Part shown: positions 39,889 through 49,617 of the stretch, piece by piece | Layout: each line of letters starts with the position of its first letter | How positions within the stretch are numbered: position 1 is the first letter of the stretch | Assembly: GCA_034723395.1 (NCBI GenBank) | Contig: JAYEOW010000007.1 | Span: 38,605-102,604, forward strand | Direction: 5' to 3' | Source: Candidatus Margulisiibacteriota bacterium | Lineage (GTDB): Bacteria > Margulisbacteria > WOR-1 > O2-12-FULL-45-9 | DNA length: 64,000 bases | Made by a program: the position numbers and the translations under genes | Notes under the pieces: model-generated | Database searches by the model: none | Seen by the model: the letters and a program-made list of their open reading frames with translations, nothing else | What the model was told of the DNA's origin: nothing

Positions 39889-41511
39889 ATGAGTTTTTAT
39901 TCGTGGTCGCTTCTCTTTACTTCTATAGCTTCTTTATCCCTCGGGATCTTTGTAGTTTTTAAAGGGAGAAAGCTCCAAAACACCACTCTGGGATGGTTGT
40001 CTTTTGCGATGGCTTTGTGGTGTTTTGGGCAATTTATGGGAGAGATAGCAGGGAACAAGGAATTGGTCCTTTTTTGGACCCGGGCAGGGGTGGGGGCGGC
40101 GGTCTTTATCCCGATCTTTTTCCTCCACTTCATCTTATCGTTGGTCGGAAAAGCCTTTGCCGAAAAAAGGACGATCGGCTTAGTTTACGGATTGGGGATC
40201 ATGTTTTTAGGATTGGATTTTACTGCATTTTTTGTGGCGGATATAGAGCCGGCGCTCGGTTTCCGCTATTACCCGAAACCGGGGGTGGTTTATCCATTTT
40301 TTGCGATCTTTATTTTTTCCTGTTTTGGCTACGGGTTGCTTCGTTTGTTCCTTGCCTATAGGGATGCTTATGGCGCCAGAAGGAACCAGCTGCTTTACGT
40401 ATTAGTAGCGGCGATCATCGGTTTTTCCGGGGGGGTCACCACTTTTTTCCCGATCTGGGGGATCAATTTTCCGATCCTTTCCCATTATTCCCTGCCGCTT
40501 TATCTGTTGATAACGGTCTATGCGATCGTAAAACACCGTCTGCTCGATATCTCGGTGATCATCCGCGAAAGTTTGATCTATTCGACCTTGACCCTTTTAT
40601 TTGCCGGATTTTATGCGCTGGCGGTGCTGGCCACAAATTATTTGCTTTTGAGATTTGTCGATTTTCCTCCCGTACTGACGGTGATTCTAGTCGTATTTGC
40701 TTCGGTCTTGGTCTTTCAACCGGTCCGCGAAAAGGTGCAAAGAGGGGTCGATCGGCTATTCTTCCGGGGAGAGTTTGGCTACCAGAAAACGATCGATGAT
40801 CTCTCGGCTGAGAATAAAAAGTTGTTTCAAAGCCTGCTGCGATCTGACAAGCTGGCGGCGTTGGGCACCCTTTCGGCAGGGATGGCGCATGAGATTAAAA
40901 ATCCTTTGGCTTCGATCAAGGGGATGACCCAGGTTTTGGATGAAAACCTTAACGATCCAGAATTTATTAAAAAATACCAGGAGCTAGTCTCCAGACAGAT
41001 TGATCGGATCAATAATCTGGTCGAGAAGTTATTGAAATTCGGACAGCCGCAAACCCTGGCACTTAAAGAATTCGATCTTTGCCAGGTAATCGAAGATGTT
41101 CTAAGTTTGTTGGAAAACCAATGCAAGAAAAAACAGGTTGAAGTTGTAAAGGAACTTAAGCATAGGCCAAAAATCGAGGGAGATGCGGAGCAGCTCTCCC
41201 AGGTTTTTATGAACTTTCTCCTGAATGCAATCCAGGCGATGGGGGATAGAGGGGAGTTATCGGTAAAATCTGCTCCGCGCGGCCCGAATTTTTTATGTAT
41301 AGAAGTCCGCGATACTGGAGCGGGGATCCCGACGGGTAAAATAGATAATATTTTTGATCCATTTTTTACGACCAGAGATAAGGGGACAGGAATGGGATTG
41401 GCGGTTGCTTATCGGATCGTAAAGGAGCATGGCGGAGAGATCAACGTTGAGAGCGAGATCGGTAGGGGGACCGAATTTAGAATATGGCTACCTATAAAAC
41501 AAAAGCGATAA
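39889..41511 (+). CDS. Multi-TM sensor histidine kinase
   Basis: Hydrophobic N-half; AHEIKNPL, NAIQA, DTGAG, GTGMGL. Confidence 0.93.
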   Translation: MSFYSWSLLFTSIASLSLGIFVVFKGRKLQNTTLGWLSFAMALWCFGQFMGEIAGNKELVLFWTRAGVGAAVFIPIFFLHFILSLVGKAFAEKRTIGLVYGLGIMFLGLDFTAFFVADIEPALGFRYYPKPGVVYPFFAIFIFSCFGYGLLRLFLAYRDAYGARRNQLLYVLVAAIIGFSGGVTTFFPIWGINFPILSHYSLPLYLLITVYAIVKHRLLDISVIIRESLIYSTLTLLFAGFYALAVLATNYLLLRFVDFPPVLTVILVVFASVLVFQPVREKVQRGVDRLFFRGEFGYQKTIDDLSAENKKLFQSLLRSDKLAALGTLSAGMAHEIKNPLASIKGMTQVLDENLNDPEFIKKYQELVSRQIDRINNLVEKLLKFGQPQTLALKEFDLCQVIEDVLSLLENQCKKKQVEVVKELKHRPKIEGDAEQLSQVFMNFLLNAIQAMGDRGELSVKSAPRGPNFLCIEVRDTGAGIPTGKIDNIFDPFFTTRDKGTGMGLAVAYRIVKEHGGEINVESEIGRGTEFRIWLPIKQKR

Positions 41512-41990
41512 GCCTAAGAGCGAAACCGTTTATGGAAGCGGATAAAATAGTGACCCTCTTTACCCGAGAGCGGGGAAAGATCAAAGCGATCGCCAAAGGG
41601 GCGCGGCGGGTGCCTTCCCGCCTGGGTGGAAGGGTAGAATCTCTTACTTATGGCGATTACTTTGTCGCCAAAGGGAGATCGCTCGACATAATTTCCCAAT
41701 GCCAAGTGATCGAAACCTTCCAGAAGTTAAGGGAAGGGGAATTGACCCTTCCGGCTGGCCTTTACATGATTAAAATGGTCGATTCGGCGACCTCGGAAGG
41801 ACAGCATTATCCGGAATTGTTCGACTTACTCCTAAAATACCTGTTAAAATTAAAAAGCGGTGATAATCCGAGACATCTGGCCAAGGGGTTTGAAAAAGAA
41901 TTTGTTATGCTTGAGGGGATTTATCGTGAGGGGGTCGATCCCCAATATTCGATGAGTGAACATATCGGAAGGGACCTTAGGAAATGGTAA
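41484..41990 (+). CDS. recO: DNA repair protein RecO (short)
   Basis: EADKIVTLFTRERGKIKAIAKGARR. Confidence 0.88.
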   Translation: MATYKTKAISLRAKPFMEADKIVTLFTRERGKIKAIAKGARRVPSRLGGRVESLTYGDYFVAKGRSLDIISQCQVIETFQKLREGELTLPAGLYMIKMVDSATSEGQHYPELFDLLLKYLLKLKSGDNPRHLAKGFEKEFVMLEGIYREGVDPQYSMSEHIGRDLRKW

Positions 41991-42060
41991 AAGGGATTGA
42001 TGCCGGTTTTGTCTTTCCGGTGATCGTGGCCGGGATATTTTTTCCGAAATTCCGTAAAGT

Positions 42061-42930
42061 ATGAATAAAACCTGCAACTATTATGTGACTTTTAAAACTA
42101 ACGACACCTGTGAATACAGCCATGTCTGGCAGGATGATAACCTTAAAAAAATCGAAGAAAAACCGTACGATTTATCCATTCTCAAAAAAGCCGGAGTAAA
42201 TGTTCTAAATATCACCGGCGGCGAGCCGCTTTTGAGAGAGGACCTTTCGGAAATACTAAAAAGAGCTAAAGAACTCGGACTTTTTATTAAATTATCAACG
42301 AACGGAATACTATATTCGGAGAAGGCGAGGTTGTTGGGCGGTTTAGTAGATAGGTTATTCTTTGCTCTCGATTATCCGATAGAGAGAGAACACGATCGCA
42401 GTCGCGGGCAGGAATGTTTTCATCAAGTGATAAGGGCGATCGAACTTGCCCGGGAACTGAAGCAAGGCCCGATCATCAAATTTACCATGACGCGCGACAG
42501 TATTCTCTACCTGCCCGAGATGATCGACCTGGCCGACCGTTTAAAGGTGTGGATCTATCTCAGGCCGGTCTATGATTTTTTCGGGTCGCAGGGATTTGAG
42601 CCGGCAACCCTTAATCATATCCGCTACTATGCGCAGAGGAAAAATGTTTTGGTCGATTATGCCGGATTAGAGTTCCTTAAGGAGGGGGGGAACAAAGTTA
42701 TATTTCCCCGCTGTAGGGCTAAAGAGACTACGATTACCATTTTTCCGGACGGAAAACGGGTCTCTCCCTGTTTTTTTAACCAGGAGGGGAGACAGGGGAG
42801 AGAGGATATTTGTTCTTCTTGCATGCGCTGGCCGTATATGTTACCATCCTTCACGATAGGTTTGGATAAGTATTATTTATTGAGCTTATACACAAAATAT
42901 GTGAATTGGAGAAAGGGAATAAAATTATGA
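42061..42930 (+). CDS. Radical-SAM-fold protein with degenerate cluster motif
   Basis: ITGGEPLLR, STNG, HDRSRG; TxxxCxxS in place of CxxxCxxC. Confidence 0.8.
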   Translation: MNKTCNYYVTFKTNDTCEYSHVWQDDNLKKIEEKPYDLSILKKAGVNVLNITGGEPLLREDLSEILKRAKELGLFIKLSTNGILYSEKARLLGGLVDRLFFALDYPIEREHDRSRGQECFHQVIRAIELARELKQGPIIKFTMTRDSILYLPEMIDLADRLKVWIYLRPVYDFFGSQGFEPATLNHIRYYAQRKNVLVDYAGLEFLKEGGNKVIFPRCRAKETTITIFPDGKRVSPCFFNQEGRQGREDICSSCMRWPYMLPSFTIGLDKYYLLSLYTKYVNWRKGIKL

Positions 42931-44084
42931 AGATCGCGATGCTGGTTCCGTTTTTCTATCCGCACACCGGAGGGACCGAAAAATATGTAAAGGACCTGTC
43001 GCTGGCGCTGACCCAAGCCGGCCATGAAGTGACGATCATCTCTAATAATCTTCCAAAGGAAAAGAACGCTCCGGCCGAAGAGATGATGGAGGGGGTAAAG
43101 ATAATTCGCCTCCCCGCGATGCTTCTCTTCTCTTATCTCCCGGTAAGTTTTGCCTTTAAACGAAAGGTGCTTGAGGGGTTTGATATTGTCCACGCCCATG
43201 TTCCCGCATATGGTTTTGCGCGCGCGGTAGCAGGAAAAGTTAAACAGCCGGTAGTGGTAACCTTCCATTGCGACATCACCGTTTTTGAAAAATATTTTGG
43301 GCTCCCGATGCCGAAGTGGTTTATTAAAGCAGTGGAATTTTTTGCTAACTGGTATGGCCGGCGAGTATTAAAACGGGCGGATATTGTTTATAATACGACC
43401 GAAACCTATGCAAAAACTTCCCCGGTAATGAAACATTTCCCGGTCCGGGCTATCCCGATCGGCTATTTCCATGACCGGGTTGACGAGATACAGAAAAAAC
43501 TCAATCTAACCCCGGATAAAAAGAAGAAGAACCAGATCCTTTTCCTCGGGCGCCTGGCCGGCAATAAGGGCTGCCACTACCTGGTTGAGGCGATGCCGAA
43601 GATCTTGGCAAAGCATCCGGACACTAAGCTGGTGATCTGCGGGGAGGGGAGCGAAAAGGCGGATATCTTGGCTTTAATGAAGAAGTACGGGATCGAAGGC
43701 TCGATCGATTGGCATGGGGTAGTTGATTTTACTAAACTGGTGGAGCTTTTCTATACTTCGCTAGTTTACGTTTTTCCGTCGATTGACCGTTTAGAAGCTT
43801 TTGGGATCGTCCAGCTTGAAGCGATGGCAAATTATACTGCGGTGGCGGCGTCAGATATCCCGGGGCCGAACGCGGTAATGGATATCGGAAAAAGCGGAGT
43901 GCTTTATCCAAAAATGAACCCGCAGGCGATCGCCGACGCGGTAAACGACCTTCTTTCTAACCCGGAGAAGGCGTTGGAGATGGGCAGAATAGGTCGCAAA
44001 CTGGTTGAGACTAAATATGACTGGAAAAATATCGCCCAACAAGTCGTCGATCTTTATAAAGAGGCGCAGGCGGAGAAGAGCTAG
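42927..44084 (+). CDS. GT4 glycosyltransferase
   Basis: PHTGGTE, FLGRL..KG, EAFGIVQLEAMA. Confidence 0.93.
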   Translation: MKIAMLVPFFYPHTGGTEKYVKDLSLALTQAGHEVTIISNNLPKEKNAPAEEMMEGVKIIRLPAMLLFSYLPVSFAFKRKVLEGFDIVHAHVPAYGFARAVAGKVKQPVVVTFHCDITVFEKYFGLPMPKWFIKAVEFFANWYGRRVLKRADIVYNTTETYAKTSPVMKHFPVRAIPIGYFHDRVDEIQKKLNLTPDKKKKNQILFLGRLAGNKGCHYLVEAMPKILAKHPDTKLVICGEGSEKADILALMKKYGIEGSIDWHGVVDFTKLVELFYTSLVYVFPSIDRLEAFGIVQLEAMANYTAVAASDIPGPNAVMDIGKSGVLYPKMNPQAIADAVNDLLSNPEKALEMGRIGRKLVETKYDWKNIAQQVVDLYKEAQAEKS

Positions 44085-44095
44085 CTTTATTTAGC

Positions 44096-45013
44096 ATGAA
44101 AATTTTAGTCACCGGCGGCGCTGGTTTTATTGGTTCGAACGTAGTAGATGCCTTTATTGACGCGGGGCATGAAGTCGCGGTCTTGGATAACTTGTCTACC
44201 GGGAAAAGAGAGAACTTAAATCCTAAGGCAAGGTTTTATGAGATCGACCTGAGGGACGAAAAACTATCAAATGTTGTTGCGGAATTTGCGCCGGACATCA
44301 TTAATCACCACGCGGCGCAGATCGATGTACGTAAATCGGTTTCCGACCCGATCTATAACGCTGAAGTAAATGATATCGGGGGGTTGAATCTCCTTGAAGC
44401 GGCAGTTAGTGGTAATGTGAAGAAGCTTGTCTTTGCTTCCACCGGCGGCGCGATCTACGGAGAGGTCGAAAAGAGGGGCGGGGCGGACGAAAAACATCTC
44501 CAGGAGCCGATCTCCCCTTATGCGATCACCAAAAGGACAACCGAACTTTATCTCCATGCCTATCGTGTTAACCGCGGATTAAAATTTACCGTCCTACGCT
44601 ATGGAAATGTTTATGGCCCCCGCCAGGATCCCCTGGGTGAAGCGGGGGTAATCGCTATTTTCTGCGGCAGAATGCTTGAAGGCAAGGAATGCACTATATA
44701 TGGAGACGGCAAACAGCTGCGCGATTATGTATATGTCGGCGATATAGCGGCGGCCAACCTGCTTGCTTTAGAGGGCGGAGATAACCAAATCTATAATGTC
44801 GGGACCGGTAGGGGGGTTTCGGTAAATGAGCTTTACGCAAACTTAAAAGCGTTAACCAGGTTTGATAAAGATGCAAAATATGTTCCTGCCAGGGCCGGGG
44901 AACTTTTTAGAAGCGTATTGAATTGTAGGAAAATCAAACAGGAAATTGGCTGGGAAGCTGAAAATAATATTGAGAAAGGGCTTAAGCAAACGCTTAAGTG
45001 GTACAAGCGATGA
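44096..45013 (+). CDS. UDP-glucose 4-epimerase-like NAD-dependent epimerase
   Basis: TGGAGFIGS, STGGAIYG, YAITK, LRYGNVYGPRQ. Confidence 0.9.
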   Translation: MKILVTGGAGFIGSNVVDAFIDAGHEVAVLDNLSTGKRENLNPKARFYEIDLRDEKLSNVVAEFAPDIINHHAAQIDVRKSVSDPIYNAEVNDIGGLNLLEAAVSGNVKKLVFASTGGAIYGEVEKRGGADEKHLQEPISPYAITKRTTELYLHAYRVNRGLKFTVLRYGNVYGPRQDPLGEAGVIAIFCGRMLEGKECTIYGDGKQLRDYVYVGDIAAANLLALEGGDNQIYNVGTGRGVSVNELYANLKALTRFDKDAKYVPARAGELFRSVLNCRKIKQEIGWEAENNIEKGLKQTLKWYKR

Positions 45014-46107
45014 AAAAGCGGATTCTCTATTTATACTCCGAGACCGGGGGGGGGCATCGGGCGGCGGCGACCGCGCTGACAGCCGCGGTTGATCTCGTGG
45101 GAAAGAAAGAATATTCCCAGCAGATGATCGATGTTTTTGCTTCGACATCTAATTTTCTGAATATTTTTGCCAAGATGTACGCGCCGGTCATAAAATACTC
45201 TCCAAAATTTTGGGGGATGCTCTATTACTGGCTAAACAGCCCGAGCAAGACAAAAAAACTGGAGCAGCTCGCCGATCCATTCGTCACAAAAAACCTTGCT
45301 AATATAATAAAGAAGGTTGATCCACATGTTATCGTCTCGGTCCACCCGCTGGTTAACCATTTAGCGATCAAGGCGATCAAGCAGAGCGGGAAAACCCCCC
45401 CCTTAGTTGTTATGGTGATGGATCCGGTTACTCTGCACCGTGCCTGGATCACTCCCGAAGCTGACAAAGTGGTCGTGGTAACTGCGGAGGCAAAAAAGCA
45501 TGCGGTCGAGTACGGAATGCCGGCCAAAAAAATTAAAATCATCGGCCTGCCGATCCATCCGAAGTTCTCCCTTGAGAAAAAAGCAAAAAAGAAGAATAAG
45601 CTGTTTACCATCCTTTTGATGGGGGGTGGAGAAGGGGCGGGGAAGATGGATGAGATCATCGAGGAGTTCAAAAAAAAGAAGATCAAGGCGAAAGTGATCG
45701 TTATTACGGGAAGGAACCAAAAGCTCGAAGAAAAATTAAAGAAGATGGTAGATGAGGTGGATTTCCCTATGCAGGTTTACGGCTTTACCGACCAGGTGCC
45801 AAAGATTATGTCCGAATCTGATTTGATCGTGACCAAGGCAGGGCCGGGGAGCATTGCCGAAGCGATGGCGATGGATTTGCCGATCATTATTACTTCCTGG
45901 CTGCCGGGACAGGAAGAGGGGAATGTCGAGTATGTGGTACGGGAAAAAGTGGGGAAGGTTAGCAAGGACCCAAAAAAAATTGTAAAACTGATCAAAGAGA
46001 TGATGAAGCCGGATAACTACAAAAAGATCATGAAGAATATTAAGCGCATTCGCCGACCCAAAGCGGCGATGCAAGTTGCAAAGGAGATCTTCAAGTTTAT
46101 TAAATGA
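45010..46107 (+). CDS. MGDG-synthase-like diacylglycerol glycosyltransferase (GT28)
   Basis: TGGGHRAA, SVHPL, LLMGGGEG, TKAGPGSIAEA, PGQEEGNV. Confidence 0.88.
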   Translation: MKKRILYLYSETGGGHRAAATALTAAVDLVGKKEYSQQMIDVFASTSNFLNIFAKMYAPVIKYSPKFWGMLYYWLNSPSKTKKLEQLADPFVTKNLANIIKKVDPHVIVSVHPLVNHLAIKAIKQSGKTPPLVVMVMDPVTLHRAWITPEADKVVVVTAEAKKHAVEYGMPAKKIKIIGLPIHPKFSLEKKAKKKNKLFTILLMGGGEGAGKMDEIIEEFKKKKIKAKVIVITGRNQKLEEKLKKMVDEVDFPMQVYGFTDQVPKIMSESDLIVTKAGPGSIAEAMAMDLPIIITSWLPGQEEGNVEYVVREKVGKVSKDPKKIVKLIKEMMKPDNYKKIMKNIKRIRRPKAAMQVAKEIFKFIK

Positions 46108-47597
46108 CAAAATTAAAGCGGCCCTCACCCAAGTATTTATTAACCGATGGTTTTTCTTCCACTCCCTCTCCCCGTGGGAGAGGGACGTTTCGGATGGTTG
46201 TGCGACAGAGAAGAAGTTGGGTGAGGGCCGCTTTAAGTTTTACTGTTTTCTTCATCGTTTTCGTTTTTCCATTTTCCATTTGTCATTCTGCCATTGCAGA
46301 AGAAGTGTTTTTGAGGGATGTCCCCGAAGGGCATTGGGCATCTGACGCTGTCTATGAGTTGATTAGAATGGGGGTCGCCGCCGGTTTTCCGGATGGGACC
46401 TTTCGCGGCAAAAAAGAGATCACCCGCTACGAAATGGCTTCTATGTTATCGCGTTTTGCCAACTCGTTTAATACTAGGGGTGGTAAAGAAGATAAATTGG
46501 TCGAAGAGTTAAAGAGCGAAGTTGCGCTGATCAAGTTCAAACGGAAGCAGGTGGCAGAGGGGACGCAAGTTTCGGGGATGTTTGAGTCCCGCGGCCGGTT
46601 AAAACCGGTCTCACCTTGCCAGGGTCGGTTGGACTACCGTTTAAGGCTTGCGATGAAGAAGGACTTCGGGTATGGGTCGAGTCTGCAGATGAGGCTGGAT
46701 ACGGTCGATGCCGGTTTTAATACGACAAACACCCGCGAATTCGCCGCCAGATTGATCGATATCGAAAGCCGCTTTAAACTAGGCGGGATCGATTATAAGG
46801 TTAATCTCGGCCCCGGCGTTGTTGTCCATACCGAATCACTCGATTTTGATCCGAGTGAAAACTATTACATATATATCCGGCCAAAGACCGCGATCACCGG
46901 CACTAAGAGGATAGACAAGATGACCGTTACCGGTTCCTATGTTACCCGCCAGGTCCAGACCTCCGGATCGATCGGGGTCCATGAGTTGTATGGAAAACTG
47001 AAGTATGATTTTGGAAAGATGTCCGTGTTCGTAAAACCACGCTATCTTTTTGTGATCGACGGCGCCCAGGATAAATTGATCGATCTTGGCGTGAATTATA
47101 ATGTAGTGAAGGGGTTAGATACCAGTTTGATGTTTTGTTGGGGGGACTTTTCCGCCGGGAGAAGCGGGATGTACGCAAAGTTCATCGGCCGGGCAAGAAA
47201 TAAGGGTACCGATGTTACCTTACGGATCGATAAGGTTGGGAGCAAGTATCGCCACGATATAGTTAATGAATACGAATTTATTTATCTGAATAATTTTGGG
47301 CGCTTAATCCTGGATGGAACGTTTGATTTAGGGGTAAAGATTAGACAAAAACTGAACAGCCGGTTTTCACTTGAGCTTAAGGGAGATTATGTAACTGACG
47401 GAAGCTTTCATTATGGTGAAAAATATCCGGGGACCTATCTGCTTTGGCAGGCCGGGGTAGAGTATAGTTTTTCAAAAGCAGTTAAAGCTCAAGCATATTA
47501 TAAAGCCTATGATGTGCCGAGCGGAACCGCACAGTTCGGCGATACGGTTGCAAAAACTTCCGATATTATCGGGGTGAAGGTATCACGCGCTTTCTAG
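46104..47597 (+). CDS. Second SLH-domain outer-membrane barrel, with an in-frame palindromic insertion in the signal peptide
   Basis: RDVPEGHWA..GFPDGTFRG..ITRYE; shares DYRL, LDT.D.G, DIES and LGPG motifs with 12324; ends in F. Confidence 0.82.
   Translation: MTKLKRPSPKYLLTDGFSSTPSPRGRGTFRMVVRQRRSWVRAALSFTVFFIVFVFPFSICHSAIAEEVFLRDVPEGHWASDAVYELIRMGVAAGFPDGTFRGKKEITRYEMASMLSRFANSFNTRGGKEDKLVEELKSEVALIKFKRKQVAEGTQVSGMFESRGRLKPVSPCQGRLDYRLRLAMKKDFGYGSSLQMRLDTVDAGFNTTNTREFAARLIDIESRFKLGGIDYKVNLGPGVVVHTESLDFDPSENYYIYIRPKTAITGTKRIDKMTVTGSYVTRQVQTSGSIGVHELYGKLKYDFGKMSVFVKPRYLFVIDGAQDKLIDLGVNYNVVKGLDTSLMFCWGDFSAGRSGMYAKFIGRARNKGTDVTLRIDKVGSKYRHDIVNEYEFIYLNNFGRLILDGTFDLGVKIRQKLNSRFSLELKGDYVTDGSFHYGEKYPGTYLLWQAGVEYSFSKAVKAQAYYKAYDVPSGTAQFGDTVAKTSDIIGVKVSRAF
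46113..46236. mobile_element. REP/MITE-like element, 20-bp perfect IR with terminal TTAA
   Basis: TTAAAGCGGCCCTCACCCAA/TTGGGTGAGGGCCGCTTTAA; inner TCCCTCTCCC-cgt-GGGAGAGGGA. Confidence 0.8.
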
Positions 47598-48772
47598 TTT
47601 TATTTTTAGCGCTTCTTCTTTCGGGATGTACTTCTCCGCAGCCAAAACTCCGGATTGTCATGGGATTGGGGGAGGCGGAGTGGAAGGTGATGAGGGAGGA
47701 TGTTTTCCCCCCGTTTGAAAAAATAAACGATATTAAGATCGAGCCGGTGCAGATGGAGGCGGCCGATCTTCCTCAGGTTTTAGAAGCCCAAATATCAGCC
47801 GGAAAGGTGAATATCGATCTTTTTGCGCAGGATAACATGCAGTTATCCTATCTGGCGTACAAAAACCTCCTCGAAGACCTTTCTCCTTATGAAGAAGAGA
47901 TCCCACAAACGGTGATTCCGGCATTGATCGAGGCGGGAAAGTTTAAAAATAAATTATTTTATATGCCTTACCGGCCAAATGTCCAGATAACTTACTATAA
48001 CGCCGAAAAATTTGATCAATATAAATTAAAACCGCCCAGGAATTGGGATGAGCTTCTAAAGGTCGCGAAGGTATTCAAGAAAAATGAGCGGACCGGTAAA
48101 ATTTTATTCAAAGCGCACGGTGGAGCGCCCACCGCGACTCAATTATACGAGTGGATTGTTTCTGCCGGCGGAGATCCTTTATCCATCAACGATTCCGGAT
48201 GTGTGAAAACGTTTACTTTTCTCAAAAAACTCTGGCCTTACTGCTCACCAGATTCCATTCGCGCAAAATTTGATACTTCAAACGAATATTTGGCGCGCGA
48301 TTCGGCTTATCTGACGCAGAACTGGCCGTTCGGGATCCGCATTATTGTTAAGGATTACAAAAAAGAGGGAATAAAAACCTATCACGGTTTTTCGGGGCCG
48401 GTTAAAGAGGCGCATGTGGTGGGGGGGGAAGTTCTCGGCATTCCCAAAGGATCGCCGAACAAAGAATTAGCGTTAAAGTTTATAAAATATTTGCAATCAA
48501 GAAAAGTTCAGGAGAAATTAGTCTCAAGATTGGGCTGGCCGAGCATTCGCACCGATGCATACGGCGCCGTTCCCGACTGGATGAAACCACATTTTCGATC
48601 GGTCAGCGGAGCATTAAAGTTCGGCATCTTTCGAAAGAACGTTTATTATTGGAATAGTTACGTAAAATATATTAATGAGGCATTTTCGGAGATCGTAGTG
48701 CGCGGGCAGCCGGTAAAACGGACCCTGGATTTTTATCGGAAGCAGTTGGATGCCTCCAAGCAAAGGATATGA
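47582..48772 (+). CDS. Sugar ABC transporter substrate-binding lipoprotein (putative ATC start)
   Basis: In-frame signal and lipobox ITRFLVLFLALLLSGC lie upstream of the first ATG (47660); PRNWDEL, NWPF, VGGEVLGI. Confidence 0.8.
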   Translation: MTRFLVLFLALLLSGCTSPQPKLRIVMGLGEAEWKVMREDVFPPFEKINDIKIEPVQMEAADLPQVLEAQISAGKVNIDLFAQDNMQLSYLAYKNLLEDLSPYEEEIPQTVIPALIEAGKFKNKLFYMPYRPNVQITYYNAEKFDQYKLKPPRNWDELLKVAKVFKKNERTGKILFKAHGGAPTATQLYEWIVSAGGDPLSINDSGCVKTFTFLKKLWPYCSPDSIRAKFDTSNEYLARDSAYLTQNWPFGIRIIVKDYKKEGIKTYHGFSGPVKEAHVVGGEVLGIPKGSPNKELALKFIKYLQSRKVQEKLVSRLGWPSIRTDAYGAVPDWMKPHFRSVSGALKFGIFRKNVYYWNSYVKYINEAFSEIVVRGQPVKRTLDFYRKQLDASKQRI

Positions 48773-49617
48773 TCAGGAAATATCGAACTGAAATTCTATT
48801 TCTCCTCCCGTTACTCATTTTCCTCCTCGGTTTCACTTTGATCCCGATAATTTATGCGACAATTTTAGCTTTTACTAACTATTTAACCAAAGGATTCCCT
48901 TCGCTGGCCAGTTTTAACTATATATTTTCGCACTTCCAGTTTAAAGAAGCGGTTTTCAACACATTATTTATTACGATTGTCGGACTTTCGTTCGAATTGC
49001 TTTTTGGATTGGGATTGGCGCTTTTATTGTTAGAAAAGTTTCGCGGGCGAAAGTTCTTCCGCGCGCTGATGCTTTTGCCGCTTGGGATACCGACGATCGT
49101 AGTCGCTTCGAACATGCGCTATCTGTTCGATACCAACGGTTTCCTGAATGAGATTCTCTATCGCTTAGGAATGATCGAAGTGCCGATCAACTGGATGGGT
49201 GGGGGGATTCATACATTGTTTTCCTTGGTTATTGCAGATATGTGGAAGGTTACCCCATTGGTAATGTTGATCCTTCTCGCGGGATTAGAAAGCATTCCAA
49301 AAGATATCCAGGAAGCGGCAGAGATCGATGGGGCGTCTTATTTAAAACGACTCCGTTACATTCTTCTTCCCCTGCTTAAACCTTTTATTACCATGGCGCT
49401 GATTATCCGCGGGATCGATGCCTTTCGGATCTTCGAACTCCCGCTTGCTTTGACCGGCAGGGTAGTGCGGGTGATGGCGACTTACTCATTTTTTGAATAT
49501 CGCGAGTATGGAAATCCTTATACTTCAGCCGCATCGGCGGCAATCTTGATGGTCATGATCTTGATCGCGATCGGAATTTATCTAAGAGTAGTTAAAGAGA
49601 GAGAAGTAATGCTGTGA
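48769..49617 (+). CDS. Carbohydrate ABC permease
   Basis: WKVTP, AGLESIP, EAAEIDGA. Confidence 0.93.
   Translation: MIRKYRTEILFLLPLLIFLLGFTLIPIIYATILAFTNYLTKGFPSLASFNYIFSHFQFKEAVFNTLFITIVGLSFELLFGLGLALLLLEKFRGRKFFRALMLLPLGIPTIVVASNMRYLFDTNGFLNEILYRLGMIEVPINWMGGGIHTLFSLVIADMWKVTPLVMLILLAGLESIPKDIQEAAEIDGASYLKRLRYILLPLLKPFITMALIIRGIDAFRIFELPLALTGRVVRVMATYSFFEYREYGNPYTSAASAAILMVMILIAIGIYLRVVKEREVML

Noticed and set aside
38467..41511. Sigma54 promoter for the NtrC-family pair
   Set aside because: No convincing -24/-12 element noticed; the divergent gap holds sigma70-type boxes.
42097..42120. Selenocysteine explanation for the missing radical SAM cysteines
   Set aside because: Codons are ACT and AGC, not TGA.
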